From NCBI GenBank assembly GCA_964016885.1, contig OZ024750.1, forward strand, positions 1,736,001-1,800,000: a stretch of 64,000 nucleotides of DNA, read 5' to 3'. This document shows, piece after piece, positions 43,701-57,239 of this stretch; the first letter of the stretch is position 1, and every line of letters begins with the position of its first letter. Below the pieces are notes generated by a model. That model was not told the DNA's origin. It made no database searches and was given only the letters and a program-made list of their open reading frames with translations. The DNA comes from Eledone cirrhosa (Eukaryota). A program made the position numbers and the translations under genes.

Positions 43701-44216
43701 GTAGAAGGCAATAAGGTTATAATTCATCATGTTTTATTTATTACGTAATAGTCCTTATACGTATTTCCATGGTATCAGTTACGTAATTGTTAATTTCGTC
43801 AGATAGCTTTTACCTGTATACATTTCCCTCTCTGTTTTGGTTTTTACGTAATCTTAAGTAACGAAGCAATTTGCTGTGAAAAGAACATTGGGACTAACCC
43901 ACTACAGTGCACTTTTGTCAATTGTCTCCTTCCTTACGTTGAAACATGAAATTGGATTGTTTGGAGTTGTATAAAAGCACATTAGATGGACTGCACATGT
44001 AATTCAAACATACCACCATCTTATACACAGTGTCATGTTTCTCAACCTGACAATTATGGTAATAAGTATAAGTGGCCATAAAAAACGTTTTCATTAACAT
44101 TAAAATTGTTCAGGCAGTTCCGTACCAGGACCAGCTGGAGCAATAATCAATGAAACTGATGTGTAACATATTTAACTTACGTGTATGACACATAGACTGA
44201 TATGCACATACCTATG

Positions 44217-44277
<61 letters not shown>

Positions 44278-44280
<3 letters not shown>

Positions 44281-44430
44281 CGGAGGAAATGTGGTAAGGA
44301 ACCAGGTGGACCATAATACTTAGGGTAGTAGAGTGGATAATAGGAACGAGTAGGACCCCGACGGCTGTATGTCCAGAATTAGCCGTCGAAACGGCTTGAG
44401 CTCAGCCGTCGGGGTCCTACTCGTTCCTAT
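44278..44430 (-). mobile_element. Family A copy with inverted 5' segment, in (TA)n
   Basis: 44278-44367 is the reverse complement of the family A 3' part (with a small internal deletion). 44371-44430 is the 5' part in the opposite orientation. A 28-bp perfect inverted repeat results (44340-44367 / 44403-44430). Confidence 0.75.
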
Positions 44431-44460
44431 ATATATATATATATATATGTGCCTGTCATT

Positions 44461-44520
<60 letters not shown>

Positions 44521-44576
44521 CATACATATATATATATATACATATATATATATATGTATATATATATATATGTATG

Positions 44577-44623
<47 letters not shown>

Positions 44624-44674
44624 GTATGTATATATATGTGTGTGTGTATAAATGACAGACATATATATATATAC

Positions 44675-44721
<47 letters not shown>

Positions 44722-44757
44722 CATATATATATATATGTATATATATATATATGTATG

Positions 44758-44804
<47 letters not shown>

Positions 44805-45011
44805 GTATGTATATATATGTGTGTGTGTATAAATGACAGACATAATAATACATTTGGATAAAAATATAATAATAAAGTGTGTTTATAAGTGAAACCGGTG
44901 GAGCTGTACACTCTTTCCGAATGCATTTATGCTTATATATATATATATATATATATATCATACGATAATATATCATATAATATGTATATATGCATGTCTG
45001 TATACATACAT

Positions 45012-45045
<34 letters not shown>

Positions 45046-45769
45046 CATACGATAATATATCATATAATATGTATATATGCATGTCTGTATACATACATAC
45101 ACACACACATGTATATATATATATATATATATTGCACCGTTTAGTTGATATGAACTCAGTCTTGGATGTTACATATTACCATATTACGCTTGTTATGAGT
45201 TGAGAATTCTTAAACGAATATAAGAATATAAAAAAAACATTTTCATGGAATTCAGATGATTCTGATAGAAAAAATAATTAATCAATATTTTTTAATTTTC
45301 ATTAATGCATAACTTTAAGTGCGGAAGTCGATGTTAAATGTGAAATGTCGGAAGTATTATTAAAGCTCATTGGAAGAAATGTGAAAGAAATTAAGAATAT
45401 ATCTTTTGTTGCAGAACTAAGCATAAAACAGAAACCATATATGTTCAAAATATTATATTTTTTTATGCTTCTTGCGAATAAAACATTGAAAAAAAAAAAA
45501 CGATACTGTAACAAACATGTAATCAAAGAGCATATTTTTTTTAAGTAAATTTTTTTTTTTTTAATCTAAATTTCAGGATCGTGAATGCTGGGATTCTACA
45601 TCCCAGTTTAATAGTATTGTAAAACTCGAAAGTAAGTGGATCCCAATCACTTAAGAGAAGGAACAGTGCAATCAATGAAATGAATAGATACCTTTGCTTA
45701 GAAGGTGATAGGATGGCAATGGGGTGGCCACGCACATACACACACATACACATATATATATGTATGTAC

Positions 45770-45815
<46 letters not shown>

Positions 45816-45844
45816 CGAATTCTCCTTTACTCCGTTGCTTCATT

Positions 45845-45916
<72 letters not shown>

Positions 45917-45960
45917 CAAATGAAGCAACGGAGTAATTGATTGCATTGATATATGAGTGC

Positions 45961-45994
<34 letters not shown>

Positions 45995-46176
45995 TTGTGT
46001 GTGTGTGCATATATATATATATATATATACATGCATATTTTATGTGTATATATATATATACATGTTTGCGGATATACATCTACATATATTCATATATACA
46101 TATATATATATGATTATACATATACATATATATGTGTATGTATACACGTGTGTGCACAGATACACGTGGATATATT

Positions 46177-46263
<87 letters not shown>

Positions 46264-46855
46264 TATTTATATATATATTATACAGGAGATTGTGTATATA
46301 AAGTGTATAGATAGGTATTCATGTACTTAGTCAAAGTGTGCTCAGTACATTTATCTGCTACATTATTCTATTTTGGAATTGTCTTCACATTTCTTCCCTT
46401 TAGTTCTCGTCCTGTACTAAGTGATCTTATACATCCAATAAAAATATTTCTTTGCTTAACTTAAAACTGTTTTTCTTCTTAGTAACTTTCGTGTATTCAT
46501 TTACAAGTATTCGGCATCCCCTTCAAGTCTCCTCGTTTCAATTTGGTCCTCTTTATCTCACACCATACAATACTGATACTCATTAGCAAGTTTGCATATC
46601 TTAATATATGAGTTTGATCGGAAGTATCAAATTATGTACAGGTTATATTCGGTAATTACATAAACACTGCCTGAACCCTTCTTTTAAAGAAATTCTCTAT
46701 TCATTCCTTAATATATTTAAACTGTTCTTGCAACCTAATTTTCCAAGTTGCATACTCCCATTTGAATTCATCTAGAACGTTTCTAGAGCAAATGCTAGAC
46801 GTAATCGTTGAGACCACGTTGCACGATAATAGAAATACCCCACTCATTTCAAATA

Positions 46856-47185
46856 CAGTGGAACCTCGGTTCATGAACTTCTCTCATCACGAACAAATCG
46901 TTTCACGAACAATTTTTCCGAACATAATATGTCTCGGCTCACGAGCGAGATCTCGAGTAAGGAGCACGCAAGCTGGCGACAACGGTTGGCAACAATTTTG
47001 GAGTATCAGCGGGAAAGAGTCTCGTGTTGTGTAGTTAGTTACTATGATGATATCTATGTGTCTTTCACATACAGACTCTTTCTCTCTCTCTCTCTCACTG
47101 TATTTCTCTCTCATCATGTCGTACAGGAAATATAGTTTCGGTTTACAAACATTTTGGATATCTAACGGCCTTCAGGAACTTAATA
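46856..47185. mobile_element. pogo/Tigger-type MITE, right end lost
   Basis: TA|cagtggaacctcggttcatgaac followed by repeated cacgaacaa motifs. The right TIR was not found. Confidence 0.5.
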
Positions 47186-48517
47186 TATCTGCATATGAGG
47201 ACGGTGAAATGACGGAAAAATTAGAGCATCAAAATATCTCTTATAGAATGTACTGCCGCTTTTTACGATGTTCATTAAATACTACTGAGATGCACTATAC
47301 CTTTATATCTATGTTTAAGCAAATAGCTATAAGTCGTGAGACGAAAACCTTATTGTAATATCTGAGATCCTAACTAATCAAATATAAACAAAGATAGTTT
47401 ATGATCGATTAGAACTGTTTTAATATTCTCATGACATTAATTTTATGATCCATGTCCATCATTGTAACACATCGTAGAACATTTAATGTTCTCTGTATGA
47501 GAAGTTCTTGACTTTCTGTTCTTTTAGAAGCTAGTTTATTTCCATTCTGGAAAGACCTCAATTATGAAACTCCATTTGGTATTCTGAAACTCCATTTGGT
47601 ATTCTTCAGCTATATTTATATTTTAATATAAACCTATTTAAAAAAGAAGTCCCTACTTCTCCTTCATCATTATCTATTTAATGTTTTTGTCCTTTTTATA
47701 GATTTGATTAATTTCAGTTTAGATCTTATAAGGACGCATCAAGTTAGAACTTACCACCATGTTCTCGATCTTGGTTGGTGTAGAGCCAAATACTTTGATA
47801 CTACATCTTTGGGGTTAGACTAAATACAAAGGTCGGTATAATATATACGTGATCTTGCCACATGTTATTTGCCCTTGTAACCACTTCATGTATCATCGGT
47901 CACCTCAGCAAACACCTGCAGACTAATCGTACACGTAATCGGAGAACAATAACTGATAATAAAGCAACCATATTGTTTTTAAAATCCATGTAAGTAATAA
48001 TGAAACAAACAATAAAATGATTGCTTTTTGCATTGATTTCAGCGTCGTAAGGGCATTAGAAGTAAAGATCAAGTTTGTAGATTATTACTAAAAATATCTT
48101 TTGCTTTAAAGATGATACGAAGTAAGTTGGTCACAGAATGGTAAGCATTTTTGAACACCTTCCTTATCAAAGATTAGACCGTATGGAACACTTGATATGT
48201 TTTTCAAGAAATGGCACATATGCTAAATGAACGTAAAAGTTAGATAATATTTTGTATCTCAAAATATCACAAGACTGGCTTTTTGTAAGAAACGAAACAA
48301 CGAAAATAAAATATAGTAGAAATAAAATTTAAAGAAATATATGCTTTCAACACTCTGAATTAAGCAATTTTTTTAAAGAACAAAGCATTGATAGATAAAA
48401 TACAATCAGCCAAACATGTGTGAGTTTTAGAAAGGGCGTATGATCGCTACGTGTTTTGTCCGTGTGCATACGTGCACGCGTATGGGTTCGAGCGTTTGCC
48501 CTTGTAAGTCTATAGAG

Positions 48518-48800
48518 CAGTGGTTCCAAAACCATGCGTCGCGAGATGTTACTAGATGCACCGCAAAAGACTAAGATTAAGTTTTAAGATGTGAAAAATT
48601 CAAACTGGAATTCGTATGAAAGTTCATATATATCTGTCAATGAGACAAACAAATAAATTTTACTAACAAGGTTTACGAAGAATAGCACAATCTTGAGGGA
48701 GTGGGCCAAGAACCTTTTAACATAATGTTACGCTAATATGAATGAAAATATCTTCTGAATAAATTTTCTAATTTATGATGCAAACTGCGCCAGCATATTT
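48518..48800. mobile_element. hAT-like non-autonomous fragment
   Basis: Begins cagtggttccaaaaccatgcgtcgcg (CAGTGGTTCCCAAAC-type end). The other end was not identified. Confidence 0.3.
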
Positions 48801-49649
48801 TTACTTTTTCAAAACTACAACGTGAGTAAAATAAAATATAACAAACACACACGTGTATTCAAGCACACACACTGCACGCATACAAAGAAAAACGCTTGCA
48901 CACACACACACACGCGCGTAATCTATCACCGTGTATAATATAACCACGGTGACCCCTGAATGGTTTTAGCACAGTTTACATTGTTAAAAGTATTCATATA
49001 TGATGTCCAGTTTGAGGACATACACCACCACCACTAAAACCTATTTAGATTTGCAGAGGGCCACTGTTCCGGCTCACGCATACGCTCCACATTCGCTCAT
49101 TTCTCTTGAATATTACATTAGGTTGCTCTCATAATTATGCTCCTAATCAATGGCTGACACGTAAGAAAACACAACTCGGATGCATCTCAGTCTTACATTT
49201 ACCTTTATTATTTTCTTCATTTTCAGTCCATTATCTTTATTTCTCCAGCTATTCTCCAAAGAAGACACTTCTCCGAAATGTCAGATTTCTTTATTACATT
49301 TCTCTTGAGCACCATATTTATCTGATAGCTCTGATTTTTCCTTTTATTCTGTTCAAGTTTCGTCACCCATCTCATATTCATTACACACATACACACACAC
49401 ACATACACAAACAAACATACACACATAAATGAATACTCACATGCATACATATACACACATATATGTATGTGTTTGATGTTTAAATTTACAACTGCTCTGG
49501 GTGTTTCGGGGTTTTGTTTATACTCAATTTATATCGATTATGCTTGCTTTATCGACCTGGAAGGAAGAAAAAAGGGTTGATCCCGATAAGAGGTGAAGTC
49601 AGAACTTAGAAACTTGGAATCGAATCCCGCAATAACTGGCTGCAATATA

Positions 49650-49850
49650 GATTTCTAGTCTGAGCACTATCCCACATTTTAGGGAGGAGTTTAGTCGATT
49701 ATATCGATCTCTAAATCACTAATACTTTTCCTATTGACCTCGGATAGATGAAAGGCAACATCGACCCCTGTGGAATTAAAAACAGAACGTAAACAGACAT
49801 AACTAAATATGGCATGGCATTTTCTTCAGCGTTTTATCGATCAGGCCAAT
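49650..49850 (-). mobile_element. Old diverged SINE copy
   Basis: Recognisable gtcgattatatcga...gatgaaaggcaacatcgacc...cagaacgtaaacagac. Confidence 0.6.
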
Positions 49851-50240
49851 AACAAGGGCCGCCCACAATATTGAAGTCTTACCTGTTTCGGAATTGTTTG
49901 TTTTTATTGCATAATTTTTAATAATAGTCATATTATAGCTCTCCTCTTGTCTCTTTCTTTCTCTCTCTTTCTCTCTCACTCTTTCTCTCTCACGCTTTCT
50001 CTAGAGTGATGTAATTTGACTGTTATAACCAGCAGGTCAAGCGACCCCGCTGTAGCTCATTTCTTTGGCTCAATTGATATGTTTGATAAGAGTGATTAGG
50101 TTGTTTAATATATTTAGAGAAAACCATGTTTCGATTATACCAACTACTGAAGCTACAAGTTAAAGTAATATTTATAAGTGAAACAACAAAACTGTAAACA
50201 AACAACAACGTTGGTATGTAACAATGTTCCACAGAAATAT

Positions 50241-50430
50241 AATTGTTTCTACTGTTGGCACAAGGCCAGAAATTACACCAGTGTATTACTGATACTTTAT
50301 TTTATCGACCCGGTAAAGATGAAAGGCAAAGTTAACCTCGGCGGGATTTGAACTCAGAATGGCAAGGACCGTAACTCTATACGTCAAAGCATGGCGTCCG
50401 ACCCTCTACCAATACTGCCAATCCACCGCC
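50241..50430 (-). mobile_element. Full-length SINE with 12-bp TSD
   Basis: TSD cagaaatataat at 50232-50243 and 50434-50445. Confidence 0.9.
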
Positions 50431-50640
50431 AATCAGAAATATAATGAACTTCATTCAAACACCATATGAAGAAAAGGGAGGAACCAGCAAAAGACAGATG
50501 GCAGTTTATGATACAACAAAAACAAGATCAAGAAGACCAACAAATATTTATATATAAAGCCACCATTTTTATATTGTGTGGAGAGGAAAGGCGATTGAAT
50601 GAGTTGGACCTGGAGCAATGTTGACGCGACAGGAATAAAA

Positions 50641-50838
50641 ATGGTTTTCTGATTTAGTCACAAGGCCAGCAATTTGAAGGGAAGAGGAATATCGATAAAA
50701 TCGACTCCAGTGCCTTATTTTATCGACCTCGTAAGGATGAAATGCTAAGCTAACTTCGATGGGATTTGAACTCAGAACGTAAAAAGCCGTAACTCAATGC
50801 TGCAAAGCATATTGTCCGACGTTTGCCAATACTGCCAA
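50641..50838 (-). mobile_element. SINE, long subfamily, adjoining (GAA)n
   Basis: Homologous to the 39215 copy and followed by (GAA)n to about 50928. Confidence 0.8.
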
Positions 50839-51224
50839 GAAGAAGAAGAAGAAGAAGAAGAAGAAGAAGAAGAAGAAGAAGAAGAAGAAGAAGAAGAAGA
50901 AGAAGAAGAAGAAGAAGAAGAAGAAGAAAACCTACCTGTTGTACTGTCGACCGCAACTGTTCAAGCTTCATTGGCAGACATGTTTTCACAACTGGGACAA
51001 ATATGGATTATTGAATGGTGAACTGAGGTTTGACACTCTTCAAAAGCGACTTAATTGATTTGATAGACTAATTAATTAATCTGCAAATCATTAATTCTAT
51101 AGTTTTGCAATTACAATTATTTTTACAAATGCGTTAAAATTGAAACGAACGTAGTAGTTAATAAAACGATTTGAAGTGTTATCTTTGGTTTTCACCTAAT
51201 TTAAATATATATATATATGTCTGT

Positions 51225-51283
<59 letters not shown>

Positions 51284-51446
51284 TTCCTCTCTCTCTCTCT
51301 CCCCCTCTCTCTCTCTCTCTCTCTCTCACTCTCTCTCTCTTTGTGTTTGTCTGTCGTTTGTATATTGATTTTTTTATAATCTTTTTAAGTTTTCCACTTA
51401 AAAAATTGTTTTTCGTTTTGTTTCAGTTCGTTGTTTAATTTTCTTA

Positions 51447-51511
<65 letters not shown>

Positions 51512-51989
51512 ATGTATTGCAAGCTTAAATATTTAGAAAACTTAAACTGCTTTATAACATTCAATCTGTTCGTATGAAGGGACCATAGAAAACAAATCTA
51601 CTTGTGTCTGATCATGTAATGTCCAGTTAAATGACTGTAAGATATCTCAAAACAATAGATTATCGTTGTTCAACAACACACGTTTGCTTCATTTTAACTA
51701 ACGTCAAATTTTGGAACACTTCCAATAAAAAGGGGATTGTATGTTTGTGTGTATGTGTGCGCATGAGTGTGTATATTTGTGTGTATATATATGTATTATA
51801 TATATATATATATGAATGTGTATGTTTGTAAGGATTATGGGGGAAGTCTTAGCTCTAATATAGACATTTAGTTCATGATTGGCTCATTTGTGTTGTATAT
51901 ATATATATAATTTTTGCTGGACCGGCAATCGCTCTGTATAATCAACTCCTGATTATTACTGGAATTCTATAAGAATCCAGCTTCTATAA

Positions 51990-52080
51990 TTTTCGGTGAA
52001 GGCAGGGGAGTACGTGGCTCTGATGAACACCAACCAGCGTGAAACAGACTGTCAGCTTCTCTCCCTTCTTTCGCCGAAAA
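51990..52080 (+). ncRNA. Type I hammerhead ribozyme (PLE/retrozyme-like)
   Basis: Core CTGATGA at 52020-52026, stem II acac/gcgt (one mismatch, loop caacca), GAAA at 52041-52044, near-palindromic stem III ACAG-A-CTGT, cleavage triplet GTC at 52051-52053. Stem I is ggct/agct, then an internal loop, then about 20 more pairs (ttttcggtgaaggcaggggag with ctcccttctttcgccgaaaa; one bulge, G-U pairs). Confidence 0.75.
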
Positions 52081-52218
52081 GAAGTAAGTAACATAGTCAC
52101 TACTTTAAAACTGATAACGTATGGTCTTCTAAATGTTTTTAATTAAACATACAGTCTATTGCCAAATATACTATATATACATTCATGTATGAATCGCTAT
52201 TTCAGAGGACCAATTCTA

Positions 52219-52350
<132 letters not shown>

Positions 52351-55300
52351 ATTTAATTCTATACTTGCCCAAATTTGACAATACTTTACGTAAACACAAT
52401 CATATGAATTCATTATATTTCATATGAATTACTTTGAAAACATTGAGTTGGTCGTAGAATTGTTGCCTCCAAGCAATTCAGAAAATTGTTCAATTCAACT
52501 TCATGAAGATGTGCAAAACATAATGAAACAAATATACAGCTTAAAATAATATTTTACACAGATATATATTATATTTGCTGGGAACTCATACTTCCTTCCA
52601 AAATTCTGTAATAATTTACTACTATATATATACATGCATATACAGACACGTTCATACATACATACATAATACATACATACGTAATACATACATACATAAT
52701 ACATACATATATACATACATGTAAAACATTCCAAAAATGTTGCATCTAATAACTGCATATATACACATGTAAAGATACAAAGTGTATACACATGTACAGA
52801 TACAACTCAAAACATATACAGTAACATCCATATCTACACATGCATGCATGCAGACATGCAGACATATCTACCTAGTTGATGTTGTGTAAATTCCAATGTG
52901 AGAATCTTGTGTCTATGTTAGAAACCGACTCTCTCCCTATTGGCAAAGATTTGTGAAATTATAAAACCAGAACACACATATATACATACATATATACCTA
53001 CATACATATATACATACATATGTCTCTTTATACCAATGAGGATAAGTAAATTTGGATGAGAATATGCTTATCTATGTAGAAATATCCATGCTATGGTGTT
53101 TGCTCTGATATATATGCATGTGTGTATATGTCTATATTTAGTAAGAAACAGGGATAGAACATTGGAAGGGCTCATCTGAACTATTTACAGGAGTTTTTGC
53201 TTCTCCTCTTGCCTGGTGTCCAGAAATCACTCTCCTTACTAAGCAAACTTTCCTGGGTCCCCAGTTGATTCGTGTAAGTTGCACTGGCTTACTTAGTTAT
53301 CAGTAGGAAATCTCTAGTTATTGGATCTCTGACATGACACAGCTTATGACGTGTAAGAAATATTGGAAATGCTTCAGGACAGAAAATTGGAAGAATGCTT
53401 TTTGATATTACATTTCATCTAATGGTAATGGTCTTGTGATATTTACGTTGTAAAGATTGGTGAGTGTTGCAACAATAAGAGTAAGCTGGTAAAAGTAACC
53501 TGCGGAAAGAGATCAAGTTGTTACTTTAATTTTCATCTTTGTTGCTTTTATACGCATATAAACAGCCTGTTTGATCTAAATGAGAAAGTACTTTTAACAC
53601 AACACACTTGTACATAAATACAGGCTGACATGCACACACATGTTATGTGTGTGGGGGAAGAGGGTGATTCTTGTTGTATTGTATTTGTTACAGTAACAAA
53701 ACATTCAATGAAACAGCATGAACATTCTATTTTATATAAGAACTTATAATATTGAAGATCTAAACGAAATACTGAAAGGCATTTGCTCCAATACTCTGTC
53801 GTTTTTTTCTTTACCAATTCTTCTTTCTTTTAAAATATGAAAAGTCCCTTGGCTTCATATCTATGTATGAAAGGCATTTAATACATTTGTCAGTAGAATC
53901 AGGTGTATAAAAGATAACGAAGATGAAAAGAAAGAAGCTATAGTTTGAAACTCATCCTTACATCTATTTAATACTCATTCAACATCGGATGATAATAGAA
54001 CCCAATGTTAGCTACTTTGAAATATATAGCATAGGCTTTTGAAACATGTGTCTAGGCCTTGTACAAACTATGGCATTATTCATAGAATACGAACCTTCGC
54101 TTCTTCGACTGGTTGACCAGAAACTTATCTACAACTTTCCAACAGTTTGTTACACAGCATAATCGCCCGACTTTCTAAAAATAGTAGCCAAATCTTCCTC
54201 AAATCACATATAAAATTCTTCAAAAAGAGATTACATATTAGTCATGGCTGGAATGCCTTTGATAAATTTGCTTGATCAGGGTTGAGGTTGTTGTGGAACT
54301 AAACAACAAAATATATAAGGAATGAGATTGCATCGCTGGAAGACAGTCAACTAGGAACCTTTTTACTCACTCTGTATGAACAACGTGAGCTGTTTGCCCA
54401 AAATACCTGCACATATCTCTGTAATGTTTGGTCTATTTCGAAATGTCACTTACTTAATGGTTTTTGTTGCATCCTACGTGTATAAAGTAAGCTAATCTAC
54501 AATTGAATCTGTTTTCTATAATACTAAATCCGAAATCAGTAAGTCTACTCACCAGACAACTCAGACACTTCAAAGGTATTTTAATACTGTAGCACTTTAG
54601 CTTCTGTTTAGCATTTTCAATACTTGCCGCAGGTCAAACTACTTAGGGGAAAGAGAGAATTCAACATAATGCTGAAACACTTGTGTTATTTCACAATTTC
54701 TGTCTTTAGAGATAAGATATTTTGTTTTCTTTTGAATTTTAGATAAAGCTCAGCTGATGACATCGTGATTTGATATTTGATCTCATTATAACAATAGAGA
54801 AAACCTTAAATATATATAAACAGTGAAAGCAGCTGTTAAGGAAACTTATACGAAGCAATCTTAAGATCTGAATACCCTTCAATTAATAACTGTCTTGATT
54901 TCACGAATTAAATACATTTTCTGATATTGGTAATCATTGCATAATAGAAAATGATTCGGATACTTGGATTACATTGTTTCGTTGTTTGTAAGGAGAGAGA
55001 GAGAGATGGGGGAGGGATAGGGAGAGAGAGAGAGCGAGATGGAGGAGGGATAGGGAGAGAGAGAGCGAGATGGGGGAGGGATAGGGAGAGAGAGAGAGAG
55101 AGCGATAGGTGGAGAGAGAGAGGTAGAGAGAGAGGGGTGGAGAGTGAGAGATGGAGAGAGAGAGGTAGAGAGGGGGGGTGAGAGAGATGGAGAAAGAAAA
55201 AAGTGTAAAGGATTGAAAGAGAGAGAAAGGGAACGAGAAAACGAGAATGAGAAAGGTAAAGAGAGTGAGATAGAGAGAGAGATAGAGAAAGAGAGAAAGG

Positions 55301-55840
55301 GACAGAGAGAGAGAGAGAGAAAGAAAGAGAGAGAAAGAGATGAAAGTGAGATAGTTTAGATTACTATATATGTATATGAATGTAAGAAAAGGGGATTGTG
55401 TGTGTGTTTGTGTGTTTGTGTGTGTTTGTGTGTATGTGTGTGTGGGGGTGTATGTGTGTGGGGGTTGCATGTGTATGTTTGTGTGTGTGTATGTGTGTGT
55501 GTCGGGTGCATGCGTGTGTTTGTGTGTGTATGTATGTGTGTGTGGGGTGCATGTGTGTGTGTTTGTGTGTGTGGGGTGCATATATGTGTGTTTGTGTGTG
55601 TGCCTGTGTGTGTTTAATAAAATAACGCAGAACCCTTTACCAGCGATGTGTCTTCTTTTTCTTCCTCCACTGAGAGGGTTGTGGGTGTCGAGTCTTCAAA
55701 AACTCCTCCCAGTGGGTCCTGTCAGAAGCAACCGTTCTATTGAACTGATTAATTGACATAAAGTCCCTCAAAGATACACTCCAGCCTCTGATATGTAGGC
55801 ATTCTGTTTCCTTCTCCTTGCTTTTCTATCATTACTACAA

Positions 55841-55959
55841 TGGTCCCTGCTACTCGGGTCACTGGTCCCTGCTACTCGGGTCACTGGTCGCTGCTACTCG
55901 GGTCACTGGTCGCTGCTACTCGGGTCACTGGTCCCTGCTACTCGGGTCACTGGTCGCTG
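55841..55959. repeat. 22-bp GC-rich minisatellite, 5+ copies
   Basis: Unit tggtc(c/g)ctgctactcgggtcac. Confidence 0.9.
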
Positions 55960-56380
55960 GTGCAGTACTGTCTCTATACTAACATTTCCGACCCCTCTCA
56001 TCATTAGTCACACAGTATCCACCGTTGGTCACGACCACGAGGACGACAACATATCAAGATAGGTGTAAGGTGAAAGTCTTCACACGAAAGGGCTATTACA
56101 TCCACACACACATATACACATACACATACACACACACTCACATCCACACATACATATACACATATACACATACACACACATTCACACACAACAATATGTG
56201 TAATTGATTTATAGAAACGTGTATTGAGCTGTTAAATGAAATAAGTTTCTTTTCATTAAAAAGAATGTAGAACATAATTTTTCCCCCTTATGTGAAATGT
56301 CATTATGTAAACTGTTTTGTCCCCCCTTTGTCCAGACTTTCCTTGCCATTGCCAGAATAGCGGTGCTCTGGATCTCTCTT

Positions 56381-56501
56381 TCAGTACAAGGTCTTTACAA
56401 AAACGTCAACTGGTAACAGTTTAAGTGAAACATCAAAAGCCCCAATCTCTCCGTTCTCGAAAGATTCATTATAATCATGGTCTCCATCCCATCCAGCAAA
56501 C
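56381..56501 (-). CDS. Candidate terminal coding exon of an unidentified gene
   Basis: Acceptor atttgttttatAG, then G + FAGWDGDHDYNESFENGEIGAFDVSLKLLPVDVFVKTLY*. Codon position 1 is G-rich and the sequence is non-repetitive. A second frame is also open. Confidence 0.55.
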
Positions 56502-57162
56502 CTATAAAACAAATATTAAAAAAATAGATTTATCAAGACTAACCTGAGACAACAACAATAACAACAACATACAGTGTACCCTTTGTAACATCACTTACGT
56601 TTGTTACGTCTGTTTTGTTTTGTTTTTTCGATATAGTTTACGTTTACACTATCAGCTTTCAGAAAAAAAATATGTGTTATAAATACCAAACCAATAAAGA
56701 GTCATAGAAATAGGTCATTTTGGATTTAAATAAAGATTTAGAATTGTGAACTGAGAATTTGTTGATACCAAACTGGCAGAGTCACTGTTTATTACAACAA
56801 AGCAAATGTCTTTTCGTGCAGATTCTACAAGTCACATTGGACGTTATAGTTTACATCACACTCAGGTTTATACTGTAGAACTGGTTGTGTATTTGCTAAT
56901 TTTTAGAATGTATTATATTTCTAACGTATTAATTAAATTCCGTCTGTCTTCATAATTACAAAAAGTCTTTCTTAAACTTTGAGGATTCATTTTCCAATAT
57001 ATTTTATTTTAATTTACTTTCCTTATAATATGAATTTACAAAATATAAACAACAAATTTTTTTATCATATTCAAATTATATAAGAGAAGAAGACGTTAGG
57101 ACTATCTTGAAACTAATATGTCCGTATGTCTTATAGGCACACATTGACGTGCCATTGCAAAC

Positions 57163-57239
57163 TTCCTGGGATATTTCTTGGGTTGGTCAATGTGATGCAG
57201 TTCAACTTCCTTCACGCTAGACCCAGTGTCATGAGTTAT
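57163..57239 (-). CDS. Candidate internal exon (donor uncertain)
   Basis: Acceptor tttacaatttctttaaAG. Only one frame is open: ITHDTGSSVKEVELHHIDQPKKYPRK. The phase-2 donor AA|GTTTGC would join the terminal exon but is weak. Confidence 0.4.

Noticed and set aside
43755-43806. Minus-strand CTGACGA...GAAATACGTA
   Set aside because: No stem II closing pairs and weak stem I.
54750-54780. CTGATGA motif
   Set aside because: No downstream GAAA or stems.
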